This document shows, piece after piece, positions 20,615 to 31,200 of a stretch of 63,187 nucleotides of DNA. The notes under the pieces were generated by a model. It was not told the DNA's origin, made no database searches, and saw only the letters and a program-made list of their open reading frames with translations. The position numbers were made by a program, and so were the translations under genes. Each line of letters starts with the position of its first letter. The first letter of the stretch is position 1. Source of the DNA: an uncultured Lachnospiraceae bacterium (GTDB lineage: Bacteria; Bacillota; Clostridia; TANB77; CAG-508); NCBI GenBank assembly GCA_964563525.1, contig CAZLWI010000001.1, positions 1 through 63,187 on the forward strand, written 5' to 3'.

Positions 20615-20650
20615 AAAAAAACAGCAGTTATCTGACTGTTTTTTTGTTTT
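20615..20650. terminator. Bidirectional terminator between convergent genes
   Basis: ACAGCAG (20621-20627) pairs with CTG(A)CTGT (20632-20639), flanked by an A-run upstream and a T-run downstream. Confidence 0.5.
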
Positions 20651-20694
20651 TATACGGGAATAAAAAATTTTTTAAAGAAGACTGTTTATATTTT

Positions 20695-21513
20695 TTAATC
20701 TAAAAATTCTTTATAAATTTCGTTTTTAGACAGTTTTAAATCTTTTGCCACTTGCTTTATTGCTTGATTCTTATTCAAACCTCTGTTTACATAATATTCC
20801 AAGTGTTGAGGTAAAGATATAGGAAAATCTTTGATATCTATGGTGTCTGGGGCTTTATCTATAATAATTACGAATTCACCTTTAGGTAATAAATCTGAAT
20901 TTAATATTTCTTTAGCAGTTCCCCTATAATATGATTCGTTTATTTTAGAAATTTCTTTTGCAACACATAATTGACGATCTGGCATAATATTATTAATCTT
21001 TTCTAAAGTACTTAAAATACGATGTGGAGCCTCATAAACAATAGTAACTGTATTAAAGGTTTTAATTTTTTCTAAATCTGAAGCTGTTTTATTTAGAAAT
21101 CCAAAAAAATTAAAACTTGATATATTAAAACCTGATGTTACAAGTGATGTGATAGCAGCAGAAGGTCCTGGTATTGAAATTATGTTAACACCTTCTTTTA
21201 TGGCTTTGTTGATTAACTTGCTTCCAGGATCTGAAATTAGTGGAGTTCCAGAATCAGAAACTAAAGCTATATCATTATTTTCTAACAATAATGATATTAA
21301 ATTATTTGAGCATACTTCCTCATTATCCTTATAATAAGAAATTAAATTATTTTTAATAGAAAAAGCATTTAAAAGCTTTAAAGTTTTTCTTGTATCTTCA
21401 CAAGCAATAAAATTTACGTTTTTTAATACTTCAATAATTCGATTACTAATATCATTTAAATTACCAATTGGTGTTGGAACTATGTAAAGTGTTCCCTTTT
21501 TTATATTATTCAT
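20695..21513 (-). CDS. rsmI: 16S rRNA (cytidine1402-2'-O)-methyltransferase RsmI
   Basis: 272 aa: GTLYIVPTPIGNLNDIS, tetrapyrrole-methylase fold motifs, SDSGTPLISDPG. Confidence 0.9.
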   Translation of the reverse strand: MNNIKKGTLYIVPTPIGNLNDISNRIIEVLKNVNFIACEDTRKTLKLLNAFSIKNNLISYYKDNEEVCSNNLISLLLENNDIALVSDSGTPLISDPGSKLINKAIKEGVNIISIPGPSAAITSLVTSGFNISSFNFFGFLNKTASDLEKIKTFNTVTIVYEAPHRILSTLEKINNIMPDRQLCVAKEISKINESYYRGTAKEILNSDLLPKGEFVIIIDKAPDTIDIKDFPISLPQHLEYYVNRGLNKNQAIKQVAKDLKLSKNEIYKEFLD

Positions 21514-21959
21514 TTTATAACCCCTATTCTATATAATGCAGTATTTATAAGCATTATTAGAATTAATTAAAATTATTATGTAAACTGCTTTAATTAATAT
21601 CCTTCATTTCTTATATTATACAGCAAATTTTTTAAAAAGAGAAATAAAGAAAATTATTATAATAAAACATGAAATAATGTACTTAAAATTAAAATAATGA
21701 AAAGAAATATGGAAAAGAAGGTATTAAAAGTTAATAAAAACTGCAAAAAAATACACACGTGAATAATGCTGATATAAGTCTAAAAAAAATAAAAAATTTT
21801 TTTCTAGACAATAACTAGATTAGTTGTCCAAAAAAATTAAAGTAGTTGTCAAAAAAACAAGATAAAATAAAAAAATGATAAAAAAGACAAGATAAATTTA
21901 TTTAATAAATAATATAAAAAAATTTGAAAAAATATTTTAAAAAAGCCTATATATCAAGC

Positions 21960-22694
21960 TTAGTCATGATTAATTATAAAAGGATCTTCAATTTTAAGAA
22001 AAGGTTTAGCATTTTTAATAAACTCAATCAAAACTAGAGATGGCCTTTTATAAGGGTTTGAAAGAATACTTTTTAATTTCTTTGGTTCAATATTATTTTT
22101 TCTACTTTCAATAAATATATCTACTAATCTTTCAGGTTTATTAACCATATAAATTTTACCCCTATCTCTTAAAATTTTATTTGCTAAATCGAAAAAAACG
22201 GATAAAAAGTCGCTTTCTTCAAACTTTGCATTAGCTTTTTCCTCTAAGTCGCTTAATATAGAGCTTGTAGAGATATTGTAAGGTGGATTAATTAGAATTA
22301 TGTCTGCCGAATTGGCTGTTATTTGTTCTAAAAGTGAAGGATTTTTGATATCTTTATTAATTACTTCAAAATTTTCAAAATTATTTAGTTCTAAATTTCT
22401 AGTATTTAGATCAGCAAAATATTTTTGTTTTTCTACAAATATAAGTCTTTGTATGTCTCTATAACCCTTGTTTTTAGAAACTTTCTCTTCTATTAGCCTA
22501 GAGTATACTAAGCCCACAATACCTGTACCAGAACACATATCTACCACTGTTGATTGTGTATTATGAGATGCTGCAAACTTAGCTAAAGCAATAGAATCAA
22601 CACCATACTTAAAATATTTATTATTTTGAATAATTTTTAGATTATATTCTGGCATAGATTCTTCAATTTCAAAAATTTTTTCTTTTTTATTCAT
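21960..22694 (-). CDS. SAM-dependent N6-adenine methyltransferase, TrmN6/YfiC-like
   Basis: SAM motif VVDMCSGTGIVG and NPPY motif ILINPPYNIS. Start placed at Met26 of the track ORF (ATG at 22694-22692), which is preceded by AGGAG. Confidence 0.72.
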   Translation of the reverse strand: MNKKEKIFEIEESMPEYNLKIIQNNKYFKYGVDSIALAKFAASHNTQSTVVDMCSGTGIVGLVYSRLIEEKVSKNKGYRDIQRLIFVEKQKYFADLNTRNLELNNFENFEVINKDIKNPSLLEQITANSADIILINPPYNISTSSILSDLEEKANAKFEESDFLSVFFDLANKILRDRGKIYMVNKPERLVDIFIESRKNNIEPKKLKSILSNPYKRPSLVLIEFIKNAKPFLKIEDPFIINHD

Positions 22695-23129
22695 GATAAC
22701 TCCTAAAAAAATTATATATTCTATATTTTTTTTGTCAATTGTCACAGAATGCTTTGTTTTAATTGACAAATACCTTTTACTGAATTAGAATGGTATAAAA
22801 TTTGTTTTTAAATGTTTAAATTGTTAATATTAAAAAATTTGTTTTAAAATATCAACATACAGTTTGTTCTTGTTATATATGACTTATATCGATTTTCTTC
22901 CTTAATTTAATTTTTGAGAAATAAAGGTATAATAATATTTTTTAAAAAATTTTCAGTGAATCTAAAAAAAATCAAAAAAATTAATTAATATGATAATTAT
23001 TATTTGTTTTATAAGTTCCTTGTTTTACAAGGTTTGTAGAGTTTGTAATAAATAAAAAAATATTGTTTTTTGTTTATCCAGGTGATATACTTTGATTAAT
23101 GAAATATTTCATATTTGGAGGAACAAAAG

Positions 23130-23387
23130 ATGACAGGTAAAAACAAAGTTTGGATACTTATAGTATTAATACTAGCAGGACTAGTGATAGGTGGATTATT
23201 AGGATCATTAGCTAGTCAAGTTAATGGATTATCATGGTTAAATTATTCTAAATCATTTGGTTTAGAAAAGCCTATTATATTGACTTTGGAAGTAATTCAA
23301 TTAACTTTTGGATTAATGATTCATTTTAATATTGCTAGTATTTTAGGAATGCTAATAGGGATATTAATATATACAAGAATTAGATAG
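23130..23387 (+). CDS. DUF4321-like small membrane protein
   Basis: Start set at the ATG 8 nt after GGAGG. There are two hydrophobic segments, and the position upstream of radC/mre is as in Clostridia. Confidence 0.55.
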   Translation: MTGKNKVWILIVLILAGLVIGGLLGSLASQVNGLSWLNYSKSFGLEKPIILTLEVIQLTFGLMIHFNIASILGMLIGILIYTRIR

Positions 23388-23408
23388 TTTGGGTAGAAGG
23401 GATTTAAA

Positions 23409-24107
23409 ATAAAAATTCAAGAATTACCAAATTTAGAAAGACCTTATGAAAAGCTAGAAAACAGAGGACCAAAAGTGTTGTCTAATGCAGAATTACTAGC
23501 TATTATAATTAAAACAGGAACTAAAGATAAAAATGCAGTACAAATAGCACAAAGCTTATTAACAAATGAATTATATAAAAATAGAGGATTTAACTTTTTG
23601 CATAATGTCTCAATTGAAGAACTAATGAAATATAAGGGCATAGGCAAAGTTAAAGCAATACAGTTAAAAGCAATATCGGAAATAATTAAAAGAGCATCAG
23701 TACCAACCTTAGAAAATAACATTAAAATAAAGTGTCCTCAGGACATGGCACAAATTATTATGTCAACTATGCGATTTGAGTCTAGAGAAAAAATAAAAGT
23801 AGCATTGATTGATTTTAAAGGCAATTTAAAGAATATTGTCAAAATACAGGAAGGTAATGTCAATTCTGTTAATATAGAACCAAAGGATATTTTTAAAGAA
23901 GCAATAAAGAAAGACATTCCAAGAATAATCATTTTACATAATCACCCTTCTGGTGACCCAACACCCAGTAGAGAAGATATTGATTTTACGGTAAGTATGA
24001 GAGATTTTGGAAGTAAATTAGGGATAGAAGTTTTAGATCATATAATTATTGGAGATGGTATATATAAATCTATATTTCAATATATGGAAGAAAATAATAT
24101 ATTTTAA
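23409..24107 (+). CDS. radC: RadC-family JAB/MPN domain protein, apparently starting at ATA
   Basis: The conserved RadC N-terminus (K)IQELPNLERPYEKLENRGPKVLSNAELLAIIIKTG is encoded in frame upstream of the first canonical start (GTG 23475). The frame opens after TAG 23394-23396 with no ATG/GTG/TTG. ATA at 23409 sits 6 nt after AGAAGGGA. The JAB motif is HNHPSGDPTPSREDI. Confidence 0.75.
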   Translation: MKIQELPNLERPYEKLENRGPKVLSNAELLAIIIKTGTKDKNAVQIAQSLLTNELYKNRGFNFLHNVSIEELMKYKGIGKVKAIQLKAISEIIKRASVPTLENNIKIKCPQDMAQIIMSTMRFESREKIKVALIDFKGNLKNIVKIQEGNVNSVNIEPKDIFKEAIKKDIPRIIILHNHPSGDPTPSREDIDFTVSMRDFGSKLGIEVLDHIIIGDGIYKSIFQYMEENNIF

Positions 24108-24123
24108 AAGGAATAGGTAAAAA

Positions 24124-24936
24124 ATGAGAAAAAGAAAACAATCACAGGCAATAGGAATAATAATATCTATAGTAATATTAGTTCTAATAATATTTTTGAC
24201 AAATTTAGATTTGTCTAAGTATTCATATATAGAGGCTTTAAGTTCTAAAATTACTCTACCTTTTAAAAAAATACAAAAAACTTTTATGAAAGCTAAGAAA
24301 GATAATAAGGATTATTATGATTTAGTTGCATTACAAGAAGAAAATAACAGATTAAAAGAAGAAAATAAAACTTTAAATGAAGAACATAGGAGCTATGAAG
24401 TCATATTAGAAGAAAATAAAAATTTGAATGAGAAATTAAATTTAAAAAATAGATATAATATGTTTGAATCTGTTCCTGCAAGTGTTATTGCAAAAGAGAG
24501 TTCTAATTTTTCAGAACATAGTACTATTGATGTAGGTAAAAATGAAGGAATTGAAGTTGGTATGGCAGTTGTTACAGATAGTGGTCTTTATGGAAAAATC
24601 TTATCTGTTAATGATAAAACATCTAAAGTAGAACTAATAATTGATCCTGCTTCAAGATTTGCTGTTAAGATTGGAGACAGATCAGAAGACGTAATATGTA
24701 AAGGTAGCCTAAATGCTAAACAAAGACTAACACTTCATTTATTACCAATGAATTATCAGCTTTTAAAGGGTGAAATAATAAGAACAACTAAGTTAGGAGA
24801 TGTTTTTCCACCTGGTATTTATGTTGGAAAAGTTAAGGAAATGGCTATAACTAAGAATGTTACAGATATTTATGCTGTAGTAGAGTCTGCAGTTGATTTT
24901 AGTAAAACTTCAAATGTTTTGGTTTTAAAGAAATAA
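24124..24936 (+). CDS. mreC: Rod shape-determining protein MreC
   Basis: 270 aa with an N-terminal TM segment, a coiled coil (LQEENNRLKEENKTLNEE) and a beta-barrel region. Confidence 0.85.
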   Translation: MRKRKQSQAIGIIISIVILVLIIFLTNLDLSKYSYIEALSSKITLPFKKIQKTFMKAKKDNKDYYDLVALQEENNRLKEENKTLNEEHRSYEVILEENKNLNEKLNLKNRYNMFESVPASVIAKESSNFSEHSTIDVGKNEGIEVGMAVVTDSGLYGKILSVNDKTSKVELIIDPASRFAVKIGDRSEDVICKGSLNAKQRLTLHLLPMNYQLLKGEIIRTTKLGDVFPPGIYVGKVKEMAITKNVTDIYAVVESAVDFSKTSNVLVLKK

Positions 24937-24942
24937 TAGGAA

Positions 24943-25488
24943 ATGAAAGTATATATGAGAAAAGTAGTATCAACTATAATTTTAATACTTGTTTTAATAA
25001 TAGTACATTTATTGCAATTTACTGTTTTTAAGAAGTTTACTATGTTTAATATATTAGCAAATACTTTAATTATATATTTTGTTTTTTTATCTACTTATAC
25101 AAATAAAATACTTTCATATATATTAGCTTTATTTTATGGTTTTTTTGTTGATATAGGATATGGAAATCCAATAGGAATAACTTCTTTTGCTATAATATTA
25201 ATTATAGAACTAACAACCAGATTGAATTTGTTATTATATGTAAATAGTAGAATTGCAACAATGATAAAGATATTCTTTCTTACAATAATATTTGAGTTTA
25301 CAAGACATCTTTTAAGAGTAGTAATACTGTCGTTTAATATAGAAATAATAGAGTTTTTAAAAATTGTTAGTGTAGAAGCTTTATATAATATGTTAATATT
25401 AATGGTAATTTATCCTCTTTTTAAATACGGTGGTGAATTAACAGATGCTATATTTAATAAGAAGAATATTTTAACTAGATATTTTTAA
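24943..25488 (+). CDS. mreD: Rod shape-determining protein MreD
   Basis: 181-aa polytopic membrane protein between mreC and PBP2. Confidence 0.6.
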   Translation: MKVYMRKVVSTIILILVLIIVHLLQFTVFKKFTMFNILANTLIIYFVFLSTYTNKILSYILALFYGFFVDIGYGNPIGITSFAIILIIELTTRLNLLLYVNSRIATMIKIFFLTIIFEFTRHLLRVVILSFNIEIIEFLKIVSVEALYNMLILMVIYPLFKYGGELTDAIFNKKNILTRYF

Positions 25489-25497
25489 AAGGGAAAT

Positions 25498-27585
25498 ATG
25501 AAGAATAGAAAAAAAGCAGAATTAGTAAGAAATAATATAAGATATAATACTCTATTAGTATTAATTTATTTAATAGGTATTATTTTTGTTATTGCATTAT
25601 TCAAAGTTCAAATATTAGATGGCCCTACATATAGAGAAAATTCTAATGCTAGATTAACCAGAGATACAATAATTAAAGCAAAAAGAGGAAATATATTAGA
25701 TAGAACAGGTAAATCTTTAGCAACAACAGAATTATCATATGGAGTAGAACTATATAAAACTCAAACAGATGATGAAAAATTAAATACATTGTCTTTAAAT
25801 CTAGTTAATATATTACAAAAGAACAAAGAAAAATTTAATAGGGGTCTAATCATTCAAACAAATCCATTTAAATTTAGCAATATTAGTAAAGAAAAGCTAT
25901 TAGAATGGAAGGAAAACAGAAATATACCAGAAGAAGCTTCTGCAGAAGAAGCCTTCTATATATTAAGAGATAATTATAAAATCCAAACAGACAAAATAGA
26001 AGATATAGAAAAAATACTATATATAAGAGAATTAATTACGGAAAAAGGATATGGGCAAGTTTCTGGATTAGAGATTGCTGAAAAGATTTCTAGAAAATCA
26101 GCATTAGAAATATCGGCAGAATCAAATAAAATGCCAGGTGTAAACGTTGCTACAAAACCTGAAAGAAAATATAATGTTACAACACTAGCCTCTCATGTTA
26201 TTGGATATATTGGTAGAATAGATGAAACAGAATACAATAATAGACTTGATATGGGATATCAAATGAATGATGTTATTGGAAAAACAGGAGTAGAGAGAAC
26301 TTTTGAAGAGTTTTTAAAAGGTAGAGATGGTTTAAAGCAAATTGATATGACAGTTGATGGTAATGTTACAGGAGAATATATTGTCAAAGAAGCAGTAGGT
26401 GGCTCTGATGTAATTTTAACAATAGATAGTAGTTTACAAAATATTACAGAAAGAGTTTTAAGACAGAGGATCACACATATAAGAAACCAAGGATTTAGAG
26501 TTGATGGAGGAGGAGTTGTAGTATTAAATGTTAGAACAGGAGAAATACTTTCTATGGCCTCATATCCTGTATATAAACCATCAGACTTTTTGGGAGGAAT
26601 ATCAGCAAGTAATTGGCAAAAATATAATAATAGAACACATCCATTAATGAATAGAGCAATTCAAGGAACTTATGAACCAGGTTCTGCATTTAAAATGATT
26701 CCAGCAATTGCAGCATTAACTGAAAAAAAGATAACAATTTATGACACAGTTTATTGTTCGGGAATATATCATAGAGCTCACAATCCAAGATGTTGGACTT
26801 ATCAGTACTCAGGTGGTGGACATGGATCAATGAATGTATCTAATGCATTAAAGAACTCATGTAATGTATTTTTTTATGATATGGGATATAGATTAGGTAT
26901 TGATAAACTAGAAAAATATACAAGATATTTCGGTTTAGGAGAGAAAACAGGTGTTGAATTAACAGGTGAATCTGCAGGATTTGTAGCAAGCAAACAAACT
27001 GCAAAAGAAAAAGGAGAGAATTGGACAGAAGGAGGAACATTGTCTGCAGCTATTGGTCAAAGCTATAATTCTTTCTCACCATTACAGCTAGCAAAATATG
27101 TAGCTATGATTGCGAACAATGGCAATTTTGTTAAACCAACAGTTGTTAAATTAGTTATAAACTCAACAGGTTCTGCAATTTCTAGAGAAGATATAAACAA
27201 ATCTGTATCAAAAGAATTAGGATATGAATATAAAGAACCAAAAAAAATAAATTTCAAACAATCAGATATAAATGCAATAAAACAAGGCATGAGAGCAGTT
27301 ACATCTGGTGGTGGTACAGCAGCTTGGTTATTTACTAGACTACCAATAACGTTAGCTGGAAAAACTGGAACAGCTGAAGCAGGAAACTTTGTCAATGGAA
27401 CATTTGTTTGTTTTGCACCATACTATAACCCTGAAATAGCTATAGCTGCAGTAATAGAGAATGGTAGATCAGGTGGAGAAGCGGCTATTGTAGCTAGAGA
27501 AATATTAAAAGAATATGCAGGAATGAATGCAGTTCATATTAAAGAAAAAATGACAGTCCAAAAAGAAGGTGCAGCCATACTATAA
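25498..27585 (+). CDS. mrdA: Penicillin-binding protein 2 (elongation transpeptidase)
   Basis: 695 aa with a TM anchor and the motifs SxxK (GSAFKM), SxN (SCN) and KTGTA. Confidence 0.9.
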   Translation: MKNRKKAELVRNNIRYNTLLVLIYLIGIIFVIALFKVQILDGPTYRENSNARLTRDTIIKAKRGNILDRTGKSLATTELSYGVELYKTQTDDEKLNTLSLNLVNILQKNKEKFNRGLIIQTNPFKFSNISKEKLLEWKENRNIPEEASAEEAFYILRDNYKIQTDKIEDIEKILYIRELITEKGYGQVSGLEIAEKISRKSALEISAESNKMPGVNVATKPERKYNVTTLASHVIGYIGRIDETEYNNRLDMGYQMNDVIGKTGVERTFEEFLKGRDGLKQIDMTVDGNVTGEYIVKEAVGGSDVILTIDSSLQNITERVLRQRITHIRNQGFRVDGGGVVVLNVRTGEILSMASYPVYKPSDFLGGISASNWQKYNNRTHPLMNRAIQGTYEPGSAFKMIPAIAALTEKKITIYDTVYCSGIYHRAHNPRCWTYQYSGGGHGSMNVSNALKNSCNVFFYDMGYRLGIDKLEKYTRYFGLGEKTGVELTGESAGFVASKQTAKEKGENWTEGGTLSAAIGQSYNSFSPLQLAKYVAMIANNGNFVKPTVVKLVINSTGSAISREDINKSVSKELGYEYKEPKKINFKQSDINAIKQGMRAVTSGGGTAAWLFTRLPITLAGKTGTAEAGNFVNGTFVCFAPYYNPEIAIAAVIENGRSGGEAAIVAREILKEYAGMNAVHIKEKMTVQKEGAAIL

Positions 27586-28294
27586 CTAGCGTTACAAAAG
27601 AAAGTGTGTTATAATATATATAGGAAAGTTTAAAGAATTTGTAAAGAAAGAGAAAACAAAAATATTTTAAAAAAGAAATTAGACAATTTTAATAAAACAA
27701 TATTTTTTAAAAAGAGAAAACTAATATTTTTTGAAAAAATAAATTATAAAAAAACTTTTCTTAAACACACAAAAAATAAAAATTTAATATTTTTTAAAAG
27801 AAAAAGAACAAAAGAAAACTAAATTTTTAGTAGCTTAATCCTAGTTTTAAGGTTAAGTAGAGAAATACAAAAATTATGTTTTTAAACATGTTCTTTATTT
27901 TATTTTATGAAAATATAATAATATTTTGATATAAAAACTATAAAAAATATTTTTATAAAAAAACATAAAACAAAATAAAAAAACAGAATAAATTTTAATA
28001 TAATTTCAAGAAAAATAAATTTTAAAAAATAAAATTAATATTATTTAAAGTATATGAAAAAAATTTATAATATAAGATTGATTTATATAAAAAAGAAAAA
28101 AATGTAAAAGAATGTATTTAAAATGTTACATAAAAAAGCAATAGATCTTTAAACCCTAAGACTTCAAGCATATTTGAGGTATAAAAATACAAAAAGCAAT
28201 TTTTTTGCATATATATAGTATAAAGTAGTTTGAAATAAAAACTATGATATGAAAAAATAACTAGTACAGTAAGCAAAATTGAATGGAGGTTCAA

Positions 28295-31200
28295 ATGCAT
28301 AAAACAATATTAAGAAAAATTATAGCAGTAGTAATCTTAATGGCGATTATATTACCAGTTTTTGGAACAACTGTAATTGCTGTTTCAGATGAGATAGCTA
28401 TAAGTCAAGCAAATTTACGAACATCAACAAGGTTCGTAGAAGCAAATCTTTCGCTTGTAAGAGGAGAGGAAACTTTCGAAAAGATAGTTGCAGATGTTAA
28501 TGATAAAACATTAAATCTTAGACTGTTTTTAAATCTTAAAGATGAGGGGTATTTACAAAGTGGACAAATCAAAGTTAGAAATTCGGAAAATCTAACTTTT
28601 GAATTTATAAGTCCTGAGAAAAGTTCTGATTTGATACAATCTGTAGAAAGTCAAACTATAAAATTAAATCAAATAAAAGGAATATCTGAAACATATTTAG
28701 AAATACCAATTAGATATATTGGTGCAGATAATGTTGATTCAAAACATTTAATGAATAAATTTGAACTTGAATTAACAGGTGAATATACAAATATTCAAGG
28801 TAACAAGTATGACCTATACAAAAGATCTGCATTAAGTTTAAGTTGGGTTGATAGAAAAGAAGTTGAAGTTACAAATAAAGTTGAAAAATATATTAAATAT
28901 GAAGTAGGCAAAGAAAAAGGTGTAGTATTACAAAATTTAATTACAGTTTCAAACAAGCAAAAAGAAATTGTATTACCTACTCAGAAGATCGTAATTGAAA
29001 CTAATCTTTTAAAAATTGAAGATAAACTTCCAAAGTCTGTAAATGTATCTGTACAAAAAGCAGGATTAATGAATGTTGAAGAAAAGATTGTTCTAGATAA
29101 AGATATATATAAATGGGATAAAGAAAACAATCTTTTAACAATAGAAGTTGAGAATGCTAAAAATGCAGATGAAACATATTCAGCAGGTAAAGGACAATTA
29201 GAAATTTTGGTTACTTCGATTTATGATGTTGAAGATATAACAAAAAAATATCAAGGGGATCTAAGTTTAAAATTAAAACAATTTGTTTTAACTGGAGATG
29301 CAAAACTTACAGAGATACAGAAAGAATTAAAAACTTCTCTAGTTTTAGATAAAGTAATTGGAAAAATTGTTGCTGTTGATGAAGAAATGAACACTAAAGA
29401 AATAGCAAAAGGATTACTATATGTTAACTCTAAAGCAAGTAATGCACAAGAAACAATTATTAAATCAAAACTAAAATTAGATGTATCAAATATTGATGTT
29501 GTAGATTCTTTGAAAGTTGTTGAAAATGAACCTCTATATGATAATAGAAATAGTGAAAGTAATTTAATATATAAAACTATTGAAATTAATAAAAAAGAAT
29601 TTGATGATGTTTTTGGTGAAGGGTATATTGAAATATATTCAGGAACTAAAAATATAGGTAAAATTGATAGAAATATCTTAGAAGTAGACAATAAATATAA
29701 GTTTGAGTTTAAAGAAAAACATTCAAATATTACATTACAAACTTCTAAACCAATAAAAGAAGGTGAAGTATTTATAGAATTTACTCGTAGTTTAGGTAAA
29801 TCTAAATATAGTATTTCAACTTTAAAAGATTTTAAAAATCTAGAATTGAAGAAAAATGCATATGTAATTTTTAATAATGAACAAAAGTTATTAAAAGAAA
29901 TTAAGAATACAATAAAACTAGTTGATGCAAAAACAAAGATTTCAGTTTCAATGAATAAAGATGAGTTATCAACAATTAGCAAAAATGAAAATGTAGAATT
30001 TATTCTTGCTTTAAATAACGATAAATTAATTTCTGATGTTTATGGACAAACAGGAATTGAAATATTATTACCTCAAGGAATAAAAGAGTTTAAATTAAAA
30101 GATGCAAATATACTTCATGGAAATGGACTTAAAATACAAAAAGCAAATGTTGTTAAATATGGTAATCAATATGTGCTTCAAGTATATTTAACTGGAGTAC
30201 AAGATGGATTAAGTAAAGGATATTTAACAAATGGAACAAATATTGTGTTAAATACAGATATTGTTTTAGATCAATGGACAACAAGTAAAGAAAACAAATT
30301 AGGAATTACATATTTTAATACATTATCAACAAATTATGAAAAACCAGTAATTTGGAATATGACTAATTTATTTGTGAATTTCAAACAATATGGTAATGGA
30401 TACACTGAAGGTAGAATTAAATATGTTGCACCAAAAGGTATGGTATTAATTGATGAGTTTAGTAAGATTAATAAAAAAGATGAGAAAGTAATATCAATTT
30501 TACAAGGATATAAGGAAGGAAAACTAGATGTACTTGCAGGAAAAAGAGTTGTAGAAGGTAAAATATACTTATTAAATAATAGTGGATCAGAAGCAGATAA
30601 AACTACAATATTAGGTAGAGTTCCAAATAGAACAAATAAAAATATATTTACTAATCAATCATTAGGATCAACTTTTGATACAAGTTTAGTAAGAGGTATT
30701 AGTTCACAGGCAAAAGGATATAGAGTATATTATTCTAAAAATGCTAATGCAACAAATGATTTAAGAAATATGAATAATGGTTGGACAGATTCAATGGAGC
30801 TTAAAGAAGTAAAATCATATTTAATAGTATTAGATAATAATATGAAAGTTGGAGATTTAATTACATTTAATTATACATTAGAAGTACCAGCAAATTTAGA
30901 ACATAATCAACAGATTCAAACATACAGTCTAGTTGAATATGGAATAAATACAAATAAAGGAAATACTAGATATTATCAAATGGCAAGTCCAATTGGTTTA
31001 TCTACAGGAGAAGGTGTTCAATTAAAGATTAATGTTAAAGCAGATAAAGAAAAAGTGGTTGAACATGAAAATATTATTTATACAATAGAAGTAAAAAATG
31101 AAGCAAAGAAAACTGAAGCTAAAAATGTAGAATCATATTTTAGAATTCCAGACAATTTAGAATTTGTAGGAATAAGAGATGATGCAAGTAGAACTCAACC

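Noticed and set aside
23389-23412. Possible -1 programmed frameshift for radC: TTG at 23389, then the slippery T_TTA_AAA heptamer at 23403-23409 leading into the RadC frame
   Set aside because: The upstream frame would contribute only 6 codons, and no stimulatory structure is seen. A direct ATA start with a well-spaced RBS explains the data more simply.
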